From positions 1,798,001 through 1,862,000 of the forward strand of contig CATNEN010000007.1 in assembly GCA_950097015.1 (NCBI GenBank): a stretch of DNA of 64,000 nt, given 5' to 3'. Positions 47,376 through 59,000 of the stretch are shown here, piece after piece. Position 1 is the stretch's first letter. Each line of letters begins with the position of its first letter. The DNA comes from Macrostomum hystrix (taxonomy: Eukaryota; Animalia; Platyhelminthes). A program made the translations under genes and the position numbers. Below the pieces are notes generated by a model, which was given only the letters and a program-made list of their open reading frames with translations, was not told the DNA's origin and did not search any database.

Positions 47376-47550
47376 GGGTACTGTAGCCTAGTGGTTAGGG
47401 CGTCTGACTCACGACTTGAAGGTCGAGGGTTCGATTCCAAACTCCACTGAAAAAAATTGTGTCCTCAAGCAAGACACTTTACTCTGCTAGCTTCAGCTCA
47501 CCCAGCTGTTAAATACTCGTAGGTACCAGCATTAGCTAAAGTACATTTGA
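47376..47550 (+). mobile_element. SINE family 1, 3'-truncated copy
   Basis: TAGCCTAGTGGTTAGGG A box, GGTTCGATTCC B box, then TGTGTCCTCAAGCAAGACACTTTAC...CAGCTCACCCAGCTGT (CORE-like). Confidence 0.8.
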
Positions 47551-47731
47551 GTAGGCGCAGCAATATAACTAATGGGCTAATTGTGCTGTGCAATTTATTT
47601 CGAGTCAATCCAGATATATATACTACTTGACTAAGAAGTGGACAAGTAGTGTGCTCAGCCTAAATTGCATTAACTAACAGAACAGGAATGTCATTCCATC
47701 CACTAAAGACTAAAATCCACAAGCCGACCTC

Positions 47732-50700
47732 TTAGACCCTTCCAATGAGCCAGTGGGTCTTCATTTTCTTCTCCTGGAAAAGAGGAAATCACTTTTTGTC
47801 GTAGTATTTTTAGCAAATTGAATTTCAGTAAGTATTTCGCGATCTCACCTGTATCTGGATCTCGTCTCTGTACTCAAATAGGAACTGATTGGTATTCTCC
47901 AGCAGGCTGTAGGTGCGCTCACTGATCTGAACTTTTGAGGCTGTTAATTTTCAGCAATAATAATAGACTTTTTGTAAATATTCATTGCTTTAAATTTAGG
48001 ATCAACGGGCAAGAACTAATATTGTAAGTAGGAATAAAAGTATTTTTAACAGAACACACCCTGGCCGCTGGACTCCATGCTGTTGGCGATGTGGACCGTC
48101 TCTCCGAACAGGCAGTAGCGGGGCATCTTGGTGCCCACGATCCCAGCCACCACGGGTCCTGAAATTTGGTGCTGCTTTGTGCCATTCACTGACAAACTGG
48201 GCATTGTAGCCAATTGCCACACTGCTGCCTGATTTTAATAGGACCTAGGAGACGGGAAACCTTTCAGAGAACTCCTTAACCCCAGCCCTAGCGCTCACCC
48301 TAAACCTAACCCTAACCCTAACCCTAACCCTAACCCCTAGCTAATTACCGATCAATTGGCAATCTCCAACTAAGATCCAAAGAAAATCTCCACCTGGAGA
48401 ATCTCCAACTTGAGTATCTCACACTTGAGAATCTCCCACTTGAGAATCTCCCACTTGAGAATCTCCCATTTGAGAATCTCCCACTTAAGAATCTCTCAAT
48501 TAAGTCTACCCACCGTGAGCATATGCGGGAATTGTGGTCCAGGCCGACTCACCTGAGTGAATGCCAATCCTGATCTTGACCCGTCCTTTCTCCAGAGCGG
48601 CAGTCGAGAAGTCTTGCATGGCGTCCCGAATGTCCAGAGCTACGCAGGCGATTTCGGCTTAAGCACGAATTTAATAAAAATTGTCAACTGTGGACCTTCG
48701 AAAGTGCAAAAAGTGCTTCCAGCCTTTTCTACCACCCTGCATCTCCCACCCTGCATCTCCCACCCGCATCTCCCAACCTTCATCTTCCACCCTTCATTTC
48801 CCACCCTGAATCTCCCGCATCTCACAGGCGTGCAAGTCGCCATTCTTGATCGGCACACCGGAAGCAACCATGTAGGCATCGCCAATCGTCTCAACTTTGA
48901 AGGCGTCGTACAGGTCAATGATGTTGTCGAAGAGACTGGAACAGGTTGAGGCGTTGCCTTAATTATATTCGAATGTTTGCGGCCTTCAGACATGAAAACA
49001 ACTCACGAATACAAATTATTCAGCAGATCGATAACTTCCATCGGAGTAATGCTTGAAGAGATAACGGTGAAGCTGACGATGTCACTGAAGTAGATGCTGA
49101 CGCACTGGAATGTCTCGGGTGCCACGGTTAGACCCTTCGTAAGCTGATCGGCCACTGACCGGGGCAGCATTTGAAACAGAAGGGTCTCGGTGCGCTTTTT
49201 CTCAATCTGTCAGATAATTATTATGTTTGTTGATTGCTTGTTAATTAGTTAGTTATTTAGTTAGTTAGTTCGTTACTTTTTGCTTCTCACCTGCAAAGCT
49301 TTAATCTTTTTCCTGAGCTTGACAGCATAGGTTAGTATCATCTGTCCCATAGCTCTAATAGTTGACGCATACCACACGGTCAGGCTGACGCATAGAATAG
49401 TGACAATAATGAATAATGTTGAGAACACAACCAGGTTCATCCTGGCCTCGTTAACCGAGTCGCTGAGCTGGCTGACAATCACGTTTGACACGTCCGTTCG
49501 CACCTATTTCGTGTACCGAATGAAGATTTGCACTCTCTGCAGGTTGCAGCAGAAGCAGAAGTAATTAAGGCCCTTCATGACTTTCCGCACCCACATTATC
49601 GGCAGTCAAGGCGGATTTGCTTCCCAACTAATTAATCACTAATCCCCGTCATTTCGCTAATGAGAAGTCACAGATTCCTAGTAGCTAGCAGATCGGGCCA
49701 TCCCCGACTAGCGGGGGGATTATAGCGTTATCCCAGCTCCCTTCTATTCAGAAGAAGATTCCGAATTCCCGATTGCGAATGGAAGGAGCCGAATGTCCTA
49801 TAAGCGTATTTTTTACGAGTAACTCCTAAACTTCCTTGTCTTTCTATTCCTAAATCTCAGAAAACACATCCCAATAGTCAAATGCTCACCCGAACGAACA
49901 AGTTAATGAGCACAGTAGTGTTATCGAACCAGCCCTGGGCCAGGACACTGCGAAACTGCTGCTCCTGCGCGCGGCAGTGCTCGATGAAACTGTCATTCAG
50001 CATCATGGACCGCTTCAGAGTGATGTTGCTGTCCAAGTTGGGCGTGGCGGCGTAGATGGTCTCAAACTCCCTGATGCAGCTGGCGCAGTACACCCGACCA
50101 ATGTCGTACTCTGTGAGCTGTGTGCCATAGAGACGCAGGAAGTACTGGAAATTGAGAACTAGGCTGCTCTTTGTCAAGTTCAGGAGTTCGATTCTATTCT
50201 ATTCTATTCTATTCTATTCTATTCTATTATATTCTATTATATTATATTCTATTATATTATATTCTATTCTATTATATTCTATTCTATTCTACAGTAGTAT
50301 ACTTTACTCCAGCGAACCCTAAACAGTTCAGCGGGCAGGTGGCAGTTGATGAACCAGGAGGAGCCCAACGCCCTCTGCAAGCCGATGGCCTCGGTCACTC
50401 GCAGGATGGCAGAGAAGGCGAGCATCTGGGTCCACAGCTTGCTGCCAGGCGGGAAAATGGCGGTGCTGTCGCCCCAGTCCATCAGCATGTTGATGAAGGG
50501 AGTGTAGAAATCTGGCGAGTCTATCGTCTGCATCTTGTACGCTCTAATTTAATGGGGGTTAAATTGATTTTGAGTCATTATAATACTAACTGCTGCAGGG
50601 CTGCGGGCAGTGGCACATCATTTGGTGACACTAGACCCGCAGCCAGCGAGGAGGCAATTCTGCACATTCCGCTGACTCCTGAGCACACACGCACACACGT

Positions 50701-52032
50701 ACGCAGGCCACGCTCACACAGGTGTGTACATCTGCCTAGACTTTCTCATAAAAAGCCCCTAAGCCTTCTCTCCGCGGCTGCGCCCCAAATAAATGTGGCC
50801 TCACCGCGGAATCGAACTCAGGACCTTGGTGCGAGAGGCAAACGCGTCTTACCGCTTTGCCACTCACCCCCACTGATTTCTGGGGTTTCGGTTTCTCAAA
50901 CCTGTAAGAATTTAGTCTCTAAGAAATCTCACACCTGCAGTATTTTAGTTTCAAAGAAATCACATAGCCGTAGATTTTTCCAAGAAATCTCATACCCCTA
51001 GGATTTTTGTTTCCAAGAAGTCTCACACCTGTAGGATTTTCGTTTCCAAGAAATCCAACACCTAAAGGATCCCACTTTCCCCCCAATCCAGCTCACTCGG
51101 TATCTACCCGGCGACGGAACCAGGCCAGGTTGTCGGACATGTCAGCCTTGGTGTAAAGCGGCTGAATTGGCACCACGTAGCCGCTGCTGGTGTTGCTGCT
51201 ATAAAAGTACTCAATCGGCGGCCAGATGCTCATGCTGGCCAGGAAGCTGTCTGTGATGACCCGTTGGTTCTTGATGCGCTGGTAGAACACCATGTCCGTG
51301 CCGTTGGAGGCTAGGAATGTTGCCGTGAGACCGCGCTCAATTTGCAAACTGCCTACGAGTTTACTCATGTCCATGTTGCCTGGAATTTCAGTGCCAGAAG
51401 TCTTAGGGTAGATATGAGATTATTGGTATACTTACTTACTTTGTGCTCACATTTAGGTCACTAGGCTTTTTTGCTCTGAGTATACCTCTAGACGGCAGAG
51501 GGTTGGCTGAGCCATAAGATTAGAGGCGTGGGGTGTGCTACAGGGGTAAGAGCATAAGGCTAGAGCGTGAGAGGCGGGCCAATCAGAATACAGCAGGATA
51601 GTGTGAGAAAGCCATGCATAACAGGAGCGGAGTGGAAAACAGAAAAATTGAGATAGATTGTACCACGTGACGCCGATTTCTGCTCAAAATATTCTCACCA
51701 GTGAGGATCACTTGAGCTCTCTGACTCTCCGAGAAGGTGCTGGAGGCTCGCGTTAGGCCCACTGTTCCAATGGACAAAGCCGCCACCACCGGGATGCTGA
51801 TGACAGCCAGCATCTTGGCCACCTCGAGCGCCTGCCTGCACGCTGTCTGGGTGTCCAGAATCACCTGGATTCGGCCCTTCGTGTCCGAAGCGGCGCTCGA
51901 CATCATCGAGGCGCTCGAACGGGCGGCCACACCGGGGCCACCTGGCTGGCCGTTGCCAGTGGCAACGGAGGCTGCGCTGGCGCTACGCATGTCAACAATG
52001 CTGGCGCAACCGTTGGCATAGCTGTAGGACAT
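47732..52032 (-). CDS. NIT-domain membrane guanylyl cyclase (NIT-GC), 11 exons, no kinase-homology domain
   Basis: Exons 52032-51699, 51379-51097, 50543-50318, 50144-49890, 49503-49291, 49206-49007, 48935-48826, 48657-48553, 48158-48060, 47940-47849 and 47773-47732, all phase-consistent. Order: TM1; NIT motifs ([38 protein letters not shown]); TM2; signalling helix ([18 protein letters not shown]); class III cyclase ([34 protein letters not shown]). Confidence 0.9.
48298..48500. repeat. (CCCTAA)n tract followed by a 15-bp GAGAATCTCCCACTT repeat; NIT-GC intron 8
   Basis: Direct inspection. Confidence 0.85.
50191..50290. repeat. (ATTCT/ATTAT)n microsatellite; NIT-GC intron 3
   Basis: Direct inspection. 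Confidence 0.95.
50581..50871 (-). mobile_element. SINE family 2, full-length copy (NIT-GC intron 2)
   Basis: Intact head GGGGGTGAGTGGCAAAGCGG...GAGTTCGATTCC and the shared 3' end. Confidence 0.85.
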
Positions 52033-52762
52033 GACTGCGCTGGGCCGTCCCGACTGCCTCCACCTATAGAGCTTGTCTGATCCAACCTTTATAGATACAG
52101 GATTTATTGATTGATTTGATGGAACTCGTTATCTCTAACTCGGTTCAGCTGGCCCGAACAATGGCTTGTTGCAAAAGAATGTTTTCGCCAAATCGGACTC
52201 AATCAAGCTCAACCGACAGCGGAAATATAATTGCTTCTTGATGGCATACAAGAGCACGAATGAGTCTCAAATCTCAAATGCAAGGAGACACAGAGGAGCT
52301 GGGAGCCATGCCTCAAACGTACCGGTTTGAACTGCCGCGAGCTAATCTGCCCGAACGAGGCATTAATTCTGGCCAATCAGCGACAGACAAGCTAGCTAGT
52401 CGAGCCGTCATTCTCCTGGGAAATTCATCACCTTTTGTAACTCGACCTTGTCGTATTCCTCAACTTTTTCTTCGCCCCCGAACCCGAACACCGCACATTT
52501 TCTTCCTCCTTCTCTACCTCACCTGTCTCTGTGTGCGCCGCCTGCAAGGGTGAAAAATATGCAGAGCCAGGCTAGATTAGGAAATGAACTACTTTGCGGG
52601 AGACGACGAAAATTTGTCGCGCTACGTGCTCAAAGGAAGCTTCGTTAAGCGTGAAGTGAAGGCATCGAATATTTCTAATTTACCTGCCCCCGCCGATCCT
52701 ACCTACTTTCTAGCTATAGAATGCGGTGTCTAATTGTAAATTTCGTGCACCTTCTTTTTACT

Positions 52763-52884
<122 letters not shown>

Positions 52885-53594
52885 ATGACTAATTCACAAA
52901 ATCACCAGTTTCACTGAAATGAACCATTTACAAAACCATGAATTCAAGTAAATTTAAGTTATAATTTCACTGTGATTTTGATGCCAAATTATGTGCAAAA
53001 TTCATGAACACAATTTTCGCTGTTACATAACTGTTACATGTAGAAGTTTTATTCTAAGTCGCACAAAAACTACTTACAGGTGCCTTCTAAATTTAGAAAC
53101 TCGAGTTCGAGTTAACACGTATCACACAACAGACTATAGCGGTGTAAGACTAACTGTGAAGTGCTCTACTGACTCACCTCAAATTCACCCAAGTGTGACT
53201 TCAGCAACAGGGTAAAGAAGCATGCATGACTGTAACTGTGCCATGCACGATGTACACATGCGGGCCTGCTGAGTTTATCAAAATATGCAAATTTGTTGCC
53301 AAGACGCCCTGAATAATAACTGGCTGAACGGAGAGAGACCACCTATCTTATCAGAGTTGACTCAGTGGCCCCCGATCACAGGGCGCTGCTGCAGCCTCAG
53401 GGACAAGGCGCAAAGTAGCCACACCCGAAACGTTGAAAATGCAATTTAAGAATTTTACCGCGCCCGAATAGCCGCGAAGCAGTCTACACTTCTTTGAGCT
53501 AATTTACATTTCGCTGGTGAGTTCCTAAAATGCCTTTTGTTCACAGATTTGTTACACACTGTAAGTGTTAGGGGTCCTTGTAATTTTCATTTAA

Positions 53595-53850
53595 GGCGTT
53601 AAAGCCTAGTGGTTACACAGTCGGACTCACGTCTTGAGGGTCGGAGTTTCAATTCACGACTTTAACTTCCTGTAGCTAGACAATTATCTCTGCATTTGCT
53701 TCAGCTCACCTAGCTGTTAAAGGGAGCCAGCAATAGCTGGGCCTAATTGAGGGTGGGTCTGGTGTCCCCCAGTCCATGGACTGAACAGCCGTACGCAGCC
53801 TTCAGATGCGCCGCGCGATAGCTGCGGCCGTGCTGTCGGCTTCACAACTG
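53595..53850 (+). mobile_element. SINE family 1, diverged full-length copy
   Basis: Same head, body and 3' end as the copy at 10000-10272. Confidence 0.8.
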
Positions 53851-53948
53851 TATCAACCTGGTCAAGTGGAATCAATTATTATGAACGTGTTTCACGCGAA
53901 CAGCAGCTTCGAATTTTGTAGAAGGACGCCGTCAGACACCAAGAAGCC

Positions 53949-55658
53949 ATGGGCTGCGGAAGCAAGCTAGCTGCCATCACTCTGTTCGTGTTCACCGTCA
54001 TCTTCTTCATAGTCGGCCTGGCACTGCTGAGCGCTGGAATCTGGATGCTAGTCAGTCAGGACAAGTTCTTCAATGTGCTGAACCTCATCAACCAGCAGGC
54101 TGGGAACAATGCCGATGTCAAAGACGAACTAGAGAGACTGGCAGAGCAGAAAGGCATCGTTTCCACCGCCGGCGCAATCCTCATCGCTGTTGGCGGCCTG
54201 AGCGCCTTCATCAGCCTCTTCGGCTGTCTGGGAGCCGTGCGGCAATCTAAGTGCCTTCTGGGCATTGTAAGTCATGCTGGCGAATCCCCTGAATCCCTGA
54301 AGCCTGTAAATCATCTTGCCTCCGCCGCACAACCCCCCGCAGTTCGCCGGATTCATCATCGCCATCCTGGGCGCTCAGATCGCGGCTGGAGTTCTCGCCT
54401 TACTCTACAAGAATAACATTGTGACCCTGGCGAAGACCCAGCTGTCTGAGCTGCAGAATAACCACCTGGTGTCAGTAAACGATTTCGTTTACAACAAAAA
54501 GCAGCCTGAGGCCGCTATCAGCGCATTGTTCAACTACATGTTTGTCGCTGTAAGATTCACATGTAAAAGCTTAACAATGACTGCAAAGCAGCTTTGCAAT
54601 GACCTCATAGTAGCTTACAATGATCTCATAGAAGCCTTGTAATGACCTCTTAGCAGCTTTATTCCATTCTCCTCCGACCCTTCCAGGTCGATTGCTGCGG
54701 TGTCAACAATACAGAAGACGCCAGGTTAAGCCAGAGCTGGCAAAACTCCAACCGCACCTGGGTGATGAAGAATGCCACGGTTGCCCGGATGTTTACCCCA
54801 GCAGCTTGCTGCCCAGTGCAGGCCTCGAAGAAGTCGGAGCTGCTCTCCAGAACAAATTGGCCATATCTGAACAACTACCTGGTAGACCTGGACTGCCCCG
54901 TCACTGGAGTAGGAATTCACAAGGATGTAAGCTCCAATTGTTAGACTCTACAGACCAACTCCACTAACGAGCCTTTCTTAATAAAAACTCTGTATTAAAT
55001 ATAATAGCAAACAAGATGCCGCCTGCCACTCATTCCTAGGGATGCGTTGACGCCGTGTTGAACTTCATCGAGCGCTACGCCCTCTGGGTTCTGATCGGTT
55101 GCGGAGTCTTTGCTGCAGCTCAGGTAAAATAAATCTGAATCTGTAGGTAGATAAATATGAAGGGAAGATGTACACTAGCACCCGTTGTACACCCCGCCTG
55201 CTTTCTGGTGTACTAATATTTGGAGCGACCGGTGGGCACTGGCACATCATTAGGGCGAAAGTGAACTTACAAGAGCCAGCAAGGAGGCGATTCTGCCCCC
55301 CTGACTGTTGAGCACACGCACATGCACTTTGACACAAACTCACACAGATGAATTTTCATCGTCAGACAAGAGCATACTAAAACTGATTCGAGGGTTTTCC
55401 CCTAAGCCTTCTCTATGCAGTTACGCCCCAAATGAATGTGCCCCGCCGAGGAATCGAGCTCGATCAGTTGACATTTGGGTCCTATAATCGAACACTACGC
55501 CACAGAACAGCATTTTCTGCACGTTCGGACCAATTAATGTTGAGGTGGATTCGCCATGTTTTGGAGTTTTAAACTAAAAAAATGTTTTCGCAAACAATGA
55601 ATTTCAGCTTCTGGTGATTCTCTTCACTCTGTGCATGATTTGTTCAATTGAAAAGTAG
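53949..55658 (+). CDS. Tetraspanin, complete, 5 exons
   Basis: Exons 53949-54266, 54343-54549, 54687-54926, 55040-55123 and 55608-55658, all phase 0. Four TM segments, FGCLGAVRQSKCLL, and a large extracellular loop with CCG, ACCP and GC. Confidence 0.93.
55215..55505 (-). mobile_element. SINE family 2, old diverged copy (tetraspanin intron 4)
   Basis: GGCACATCATT, GGAGGCGATTCTGCCC, CCCTAAGCCTTCTCT and GGAATCGAGCTC are shared with the 50581-50871 copy. Confidence 0.65.
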
Positions 55659-55803
55659 AGGTCAGCGACGATTTAAAGCTGCATCAAATAAATGAAGGAG
55701 ACTAGAGAATCTATTTACGATACATTTTACTTCACATGTGCATGTGTAATTGTAATGTTCAGAATGCAATCTATCCTACTTTCTAAAAAAATATTCATAT
55801 TGA

Positions 55804-56053
55804 CATAGGCGTAGGAACGGGGGGGACAGTGGGGCCATGGCCCCCCACTTTTTAAGTTGAGGGGGCCAGTAATGAGATCTAGCCACCCACATTTTAAATG
55901 CAAAATGTTGACTTTTTGCTTCTTTTTTACATTTTTTACTGTAAGGGCAATATTGAAATAATAACAATTGTCATTTTTGGGATTTTTTTCGAGGAAATGG
56001 ATCCTCCCCTTGGCCTTGGCCCCCCCACTTTTTTAATCATTCCTACGCCTATG
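55804..56053. mobile_element. 250-bp hAT-type MITE
   Basis: 14-bp perfect TIR CATAGGCGTAGGAA (55804-55817 and 56040-56053). Exact 8-bp TSD CATATTGA (55796-55803, 56054-56061). Confidence 0.9.
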
Positions 56054-59000
56054 CATATTGAGTTCCTCTACAATAAGCACACATTAAAAAAACCGCAAAG
56101 AATTACTAATTTTCGAAAACCCAATTTATCTATTTGTCTCTTCATTCGACTCTACGTGATTTGTGCATTTTTAAGTTTGTGATCAATAGAATTCTGCTGA
56201 CCGATTACAGGACACAAGCGAGAGACCAAATGCACTCCATTCGTATATAAAGATGTTTCGCAATTTTTCGCTATAAAATTATCGCATTGCTTCAGATTTA
56301 AAAAAATGAACAAAATATAATTCTTTTGTGTCTCGAAAATGAAATGCAGTGCGCGAGAAAGCGTAAATTTATTTATTAGTCAAACAGATCTTAATTAATA
56401 GCGCTTCAGAGCGTGGGGAGGTGCGCGTAAGGTGGCGAGAGTCCGTAACCCCCCGGCTTAGCGAGCCGGTGGGTCGGGTGCACCCACCCCCCAGCCAGGT
56501 GGCCCGGGGTTTGAGTGCATATGCACCCAGAGTCGCGCCGCGTGCAGACCTGGCCGCCACAATTCAATATATGCACAGATTTCTGTTCTGACGTCAATGA
56601 TGAGAACAAATCGACGTGTGCATGCACCTTAACTATATTGTTATGTGTGAGGCAGCGTGGCCAAATGAAGAACGCAGCACTGGGTTAGAAGTGGAAAAAA
56701 CGCGAGCCCTCCAAAGGCTTGTGCGCACTAATATATATTTTAGTCAGTCAGAGAAAACAGTGTACATCTGGTGTACATCGCATTGCACAATTTACGAAGC
56801 CAACTTACGACGCGATGCGAGAATGAATCGCCGCACACCTTACAACAGCAACCCCCGTCCCGGCCAAGAACGGTTCGGACAGACCGACCCCAGCCAATCA
56901 AAACGCGCCAAGCGCACTTTAAGGCGGCATGCAAGCCGCATACACAACATATATAGCTTTTAAAGCTAATTTACAAAAAATAGTAGCCCAGTTTTAATTT
57001 ACTTAATGATTTTTTTAAGTTTATAGTTTAAGTGTGACGTTGTCACTTTGCATAGAAAGTCCATTTGCCTCCGTTCCCTGCGTTTTCGCCGTTCATGTGA
57101 CCCTGTGAGTCGTACTGCGACTCTTCCCGGTCGTTATGGCCAAGGTGGTGCCGTAACTCGCTCAGTGCCTCCTTGCATATCTATATATTTACATATTGCT
57201 AATTTCACGCCTTTACGTTTCTATAGCAGTTGTGTTACTATATTGTTACTGTCAGTAGACGTCGACGTACATCATGCTGCCCCTAAGATGTTGTCGCTAT
57301 TTTATCAATGTTATTCTCCCTCAGCCAATGAGCGTGCGAGCTCTCTGTTTGCTCAATTTATCCATCACCCTCGTTTTCCGTCGGCCTAGCCTATTTAACT
57401 AGGCCCCCTGAGCCCGCCCGCGCTCTGCCGCGCCTCCTCACCTCCGCACCGCCTCCCCTCCGCGCTGCCTTTCCACTGTCCTGCCGTTCCGTTCAGTCTT
57501 GTGCCGTCCTGTTTCCAGTGCTGTTCTGTTCCTATTTTTGTACTGCCCCGCCGTGCCACTTGGTCTTTACTTGCCTCACCATTAGCCCTACTTTGTTTGT
57601 TCGTCGTCGTCAGAGCTCGTGCACCTGCCTTTATTATTCCCGAATTGTCGTGCGCCCCAGTGAATCAAATAAATAGTCAAGTGCTACCGCTACACTATAT
57701 TGGATAACTTGAGGATTCTAAGAACTGCCGGCTTGCCTTCTTTATTCGCCTTAATAACGTCACATAAGTTTACTCAGACGCTAAATCCTTTGAATTCTAG
57801 ACAGTAAATATATGAAAACGAAGGGATTACATTTTAGATAATATATATATATTTCTGCAAGTCGTGCGGAACAAGTGTTTATTTAAACACTTGAGCTTAT
57901 TTTGATTTGATATTTTCTAAATGTGCATGCAGCACGCGTGTTGGTATAGTTCGCGTTGATTCGTTACGCGAAATTCAAGAGGAACAATTAGAGTATTAGA
58001 GTATTGCTAGCACTGACAGCTATTGCTTTCATTGCTTTTCAGAGCTGCATCTTAAAATAGCAGCTCTGAAAATTGCAGAAGCAATGTATTATATTTATTA
58101 TTTAATATTTAAAATCCCTTTTTAAAATTCATGTAGAAGATACAGAAGCATATGTCTAGACCTCCGTGCTTTTTGTCACTGTCCCTTGGCATGGTATGAA
58201 ATTTATTAGCACGGTACAGTGGCAATAAACACTGCCTTCTGAGATCGGAATCCTGACTAACCTTTACAAGTCCAAACTAAATGTAAATGTAGATATACCA
58301 GACATTCTTTGGATAGAAGTGTCAAATCTAGTTAAATTGTTTCCAAATGTAAAAACAATTTTTTATTAATGTCACCTAGTGAAAATCAAATCTTAAAGCA
58401 ATAAGTTCTACGCTTAAGTCATTGACATAAATGAAGAAATGGCCTAAATGCAAGTTAGCTAGGGCCTAATTAATTTTTTTCTTTGTAACTGTGCAGAGGT
58501 GCTCCTTTAAAATGCTAAATATTCAAGTACAAAATTTTAATCTAACCTCTAAGTGTTTTTTTACTTTTTAATTGTTGTGTTAAAGACCTGTTATCTTATT
58601 TATAGTAAATAGGTAGATGTTTTATATTTAAAAAATCTGCCTTTTTAATTTTGCAAATCACAGAAGACCAAATGTCATAAAAATAAAAGTTTTGCTAAAA
58701 GGGTAAGAGAGTGGTAAAGCCTTTTTTCAGAATAGTATTTTCTACACTTTAGTGCATATGTTTGAGACTATGTTAACATAAAATTATTAAATATTTCTTA
58801 TGGTTTTCAATTTTTAGAAAACTAAAGTTAGGAAGGTAGCAGTTTTGTCAGAAAATTTCAATGCATACATTAGTGCATATTTATGGCACATTGACATATA
58901 CTAGTGCTAACACATTTGCATAATAGCATAATCAAAGCATAATATAGTTCAAGTTCAACCCACAATGCAAAAGTCTGATGCACATTTGCAGAATAACAAA

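Noticed and set aside
50144-50318. Idea that the (AGAAT)n microsatellite expanded inside a NIT-GC exon (YYCRI..RIELL)
   Set aside because: A phase-0 intron with a strong acceptor (ttctcaatttccag|50144) explains the region and gives a more plausible NIT domain length.
53390-53440. CCTCAGGGAC...CCCGAAACGTTG, reminiscent of Penelope-type hammerhead ends
   Set aside because: The CUGANGA core is not present; too degenerate to support a call.
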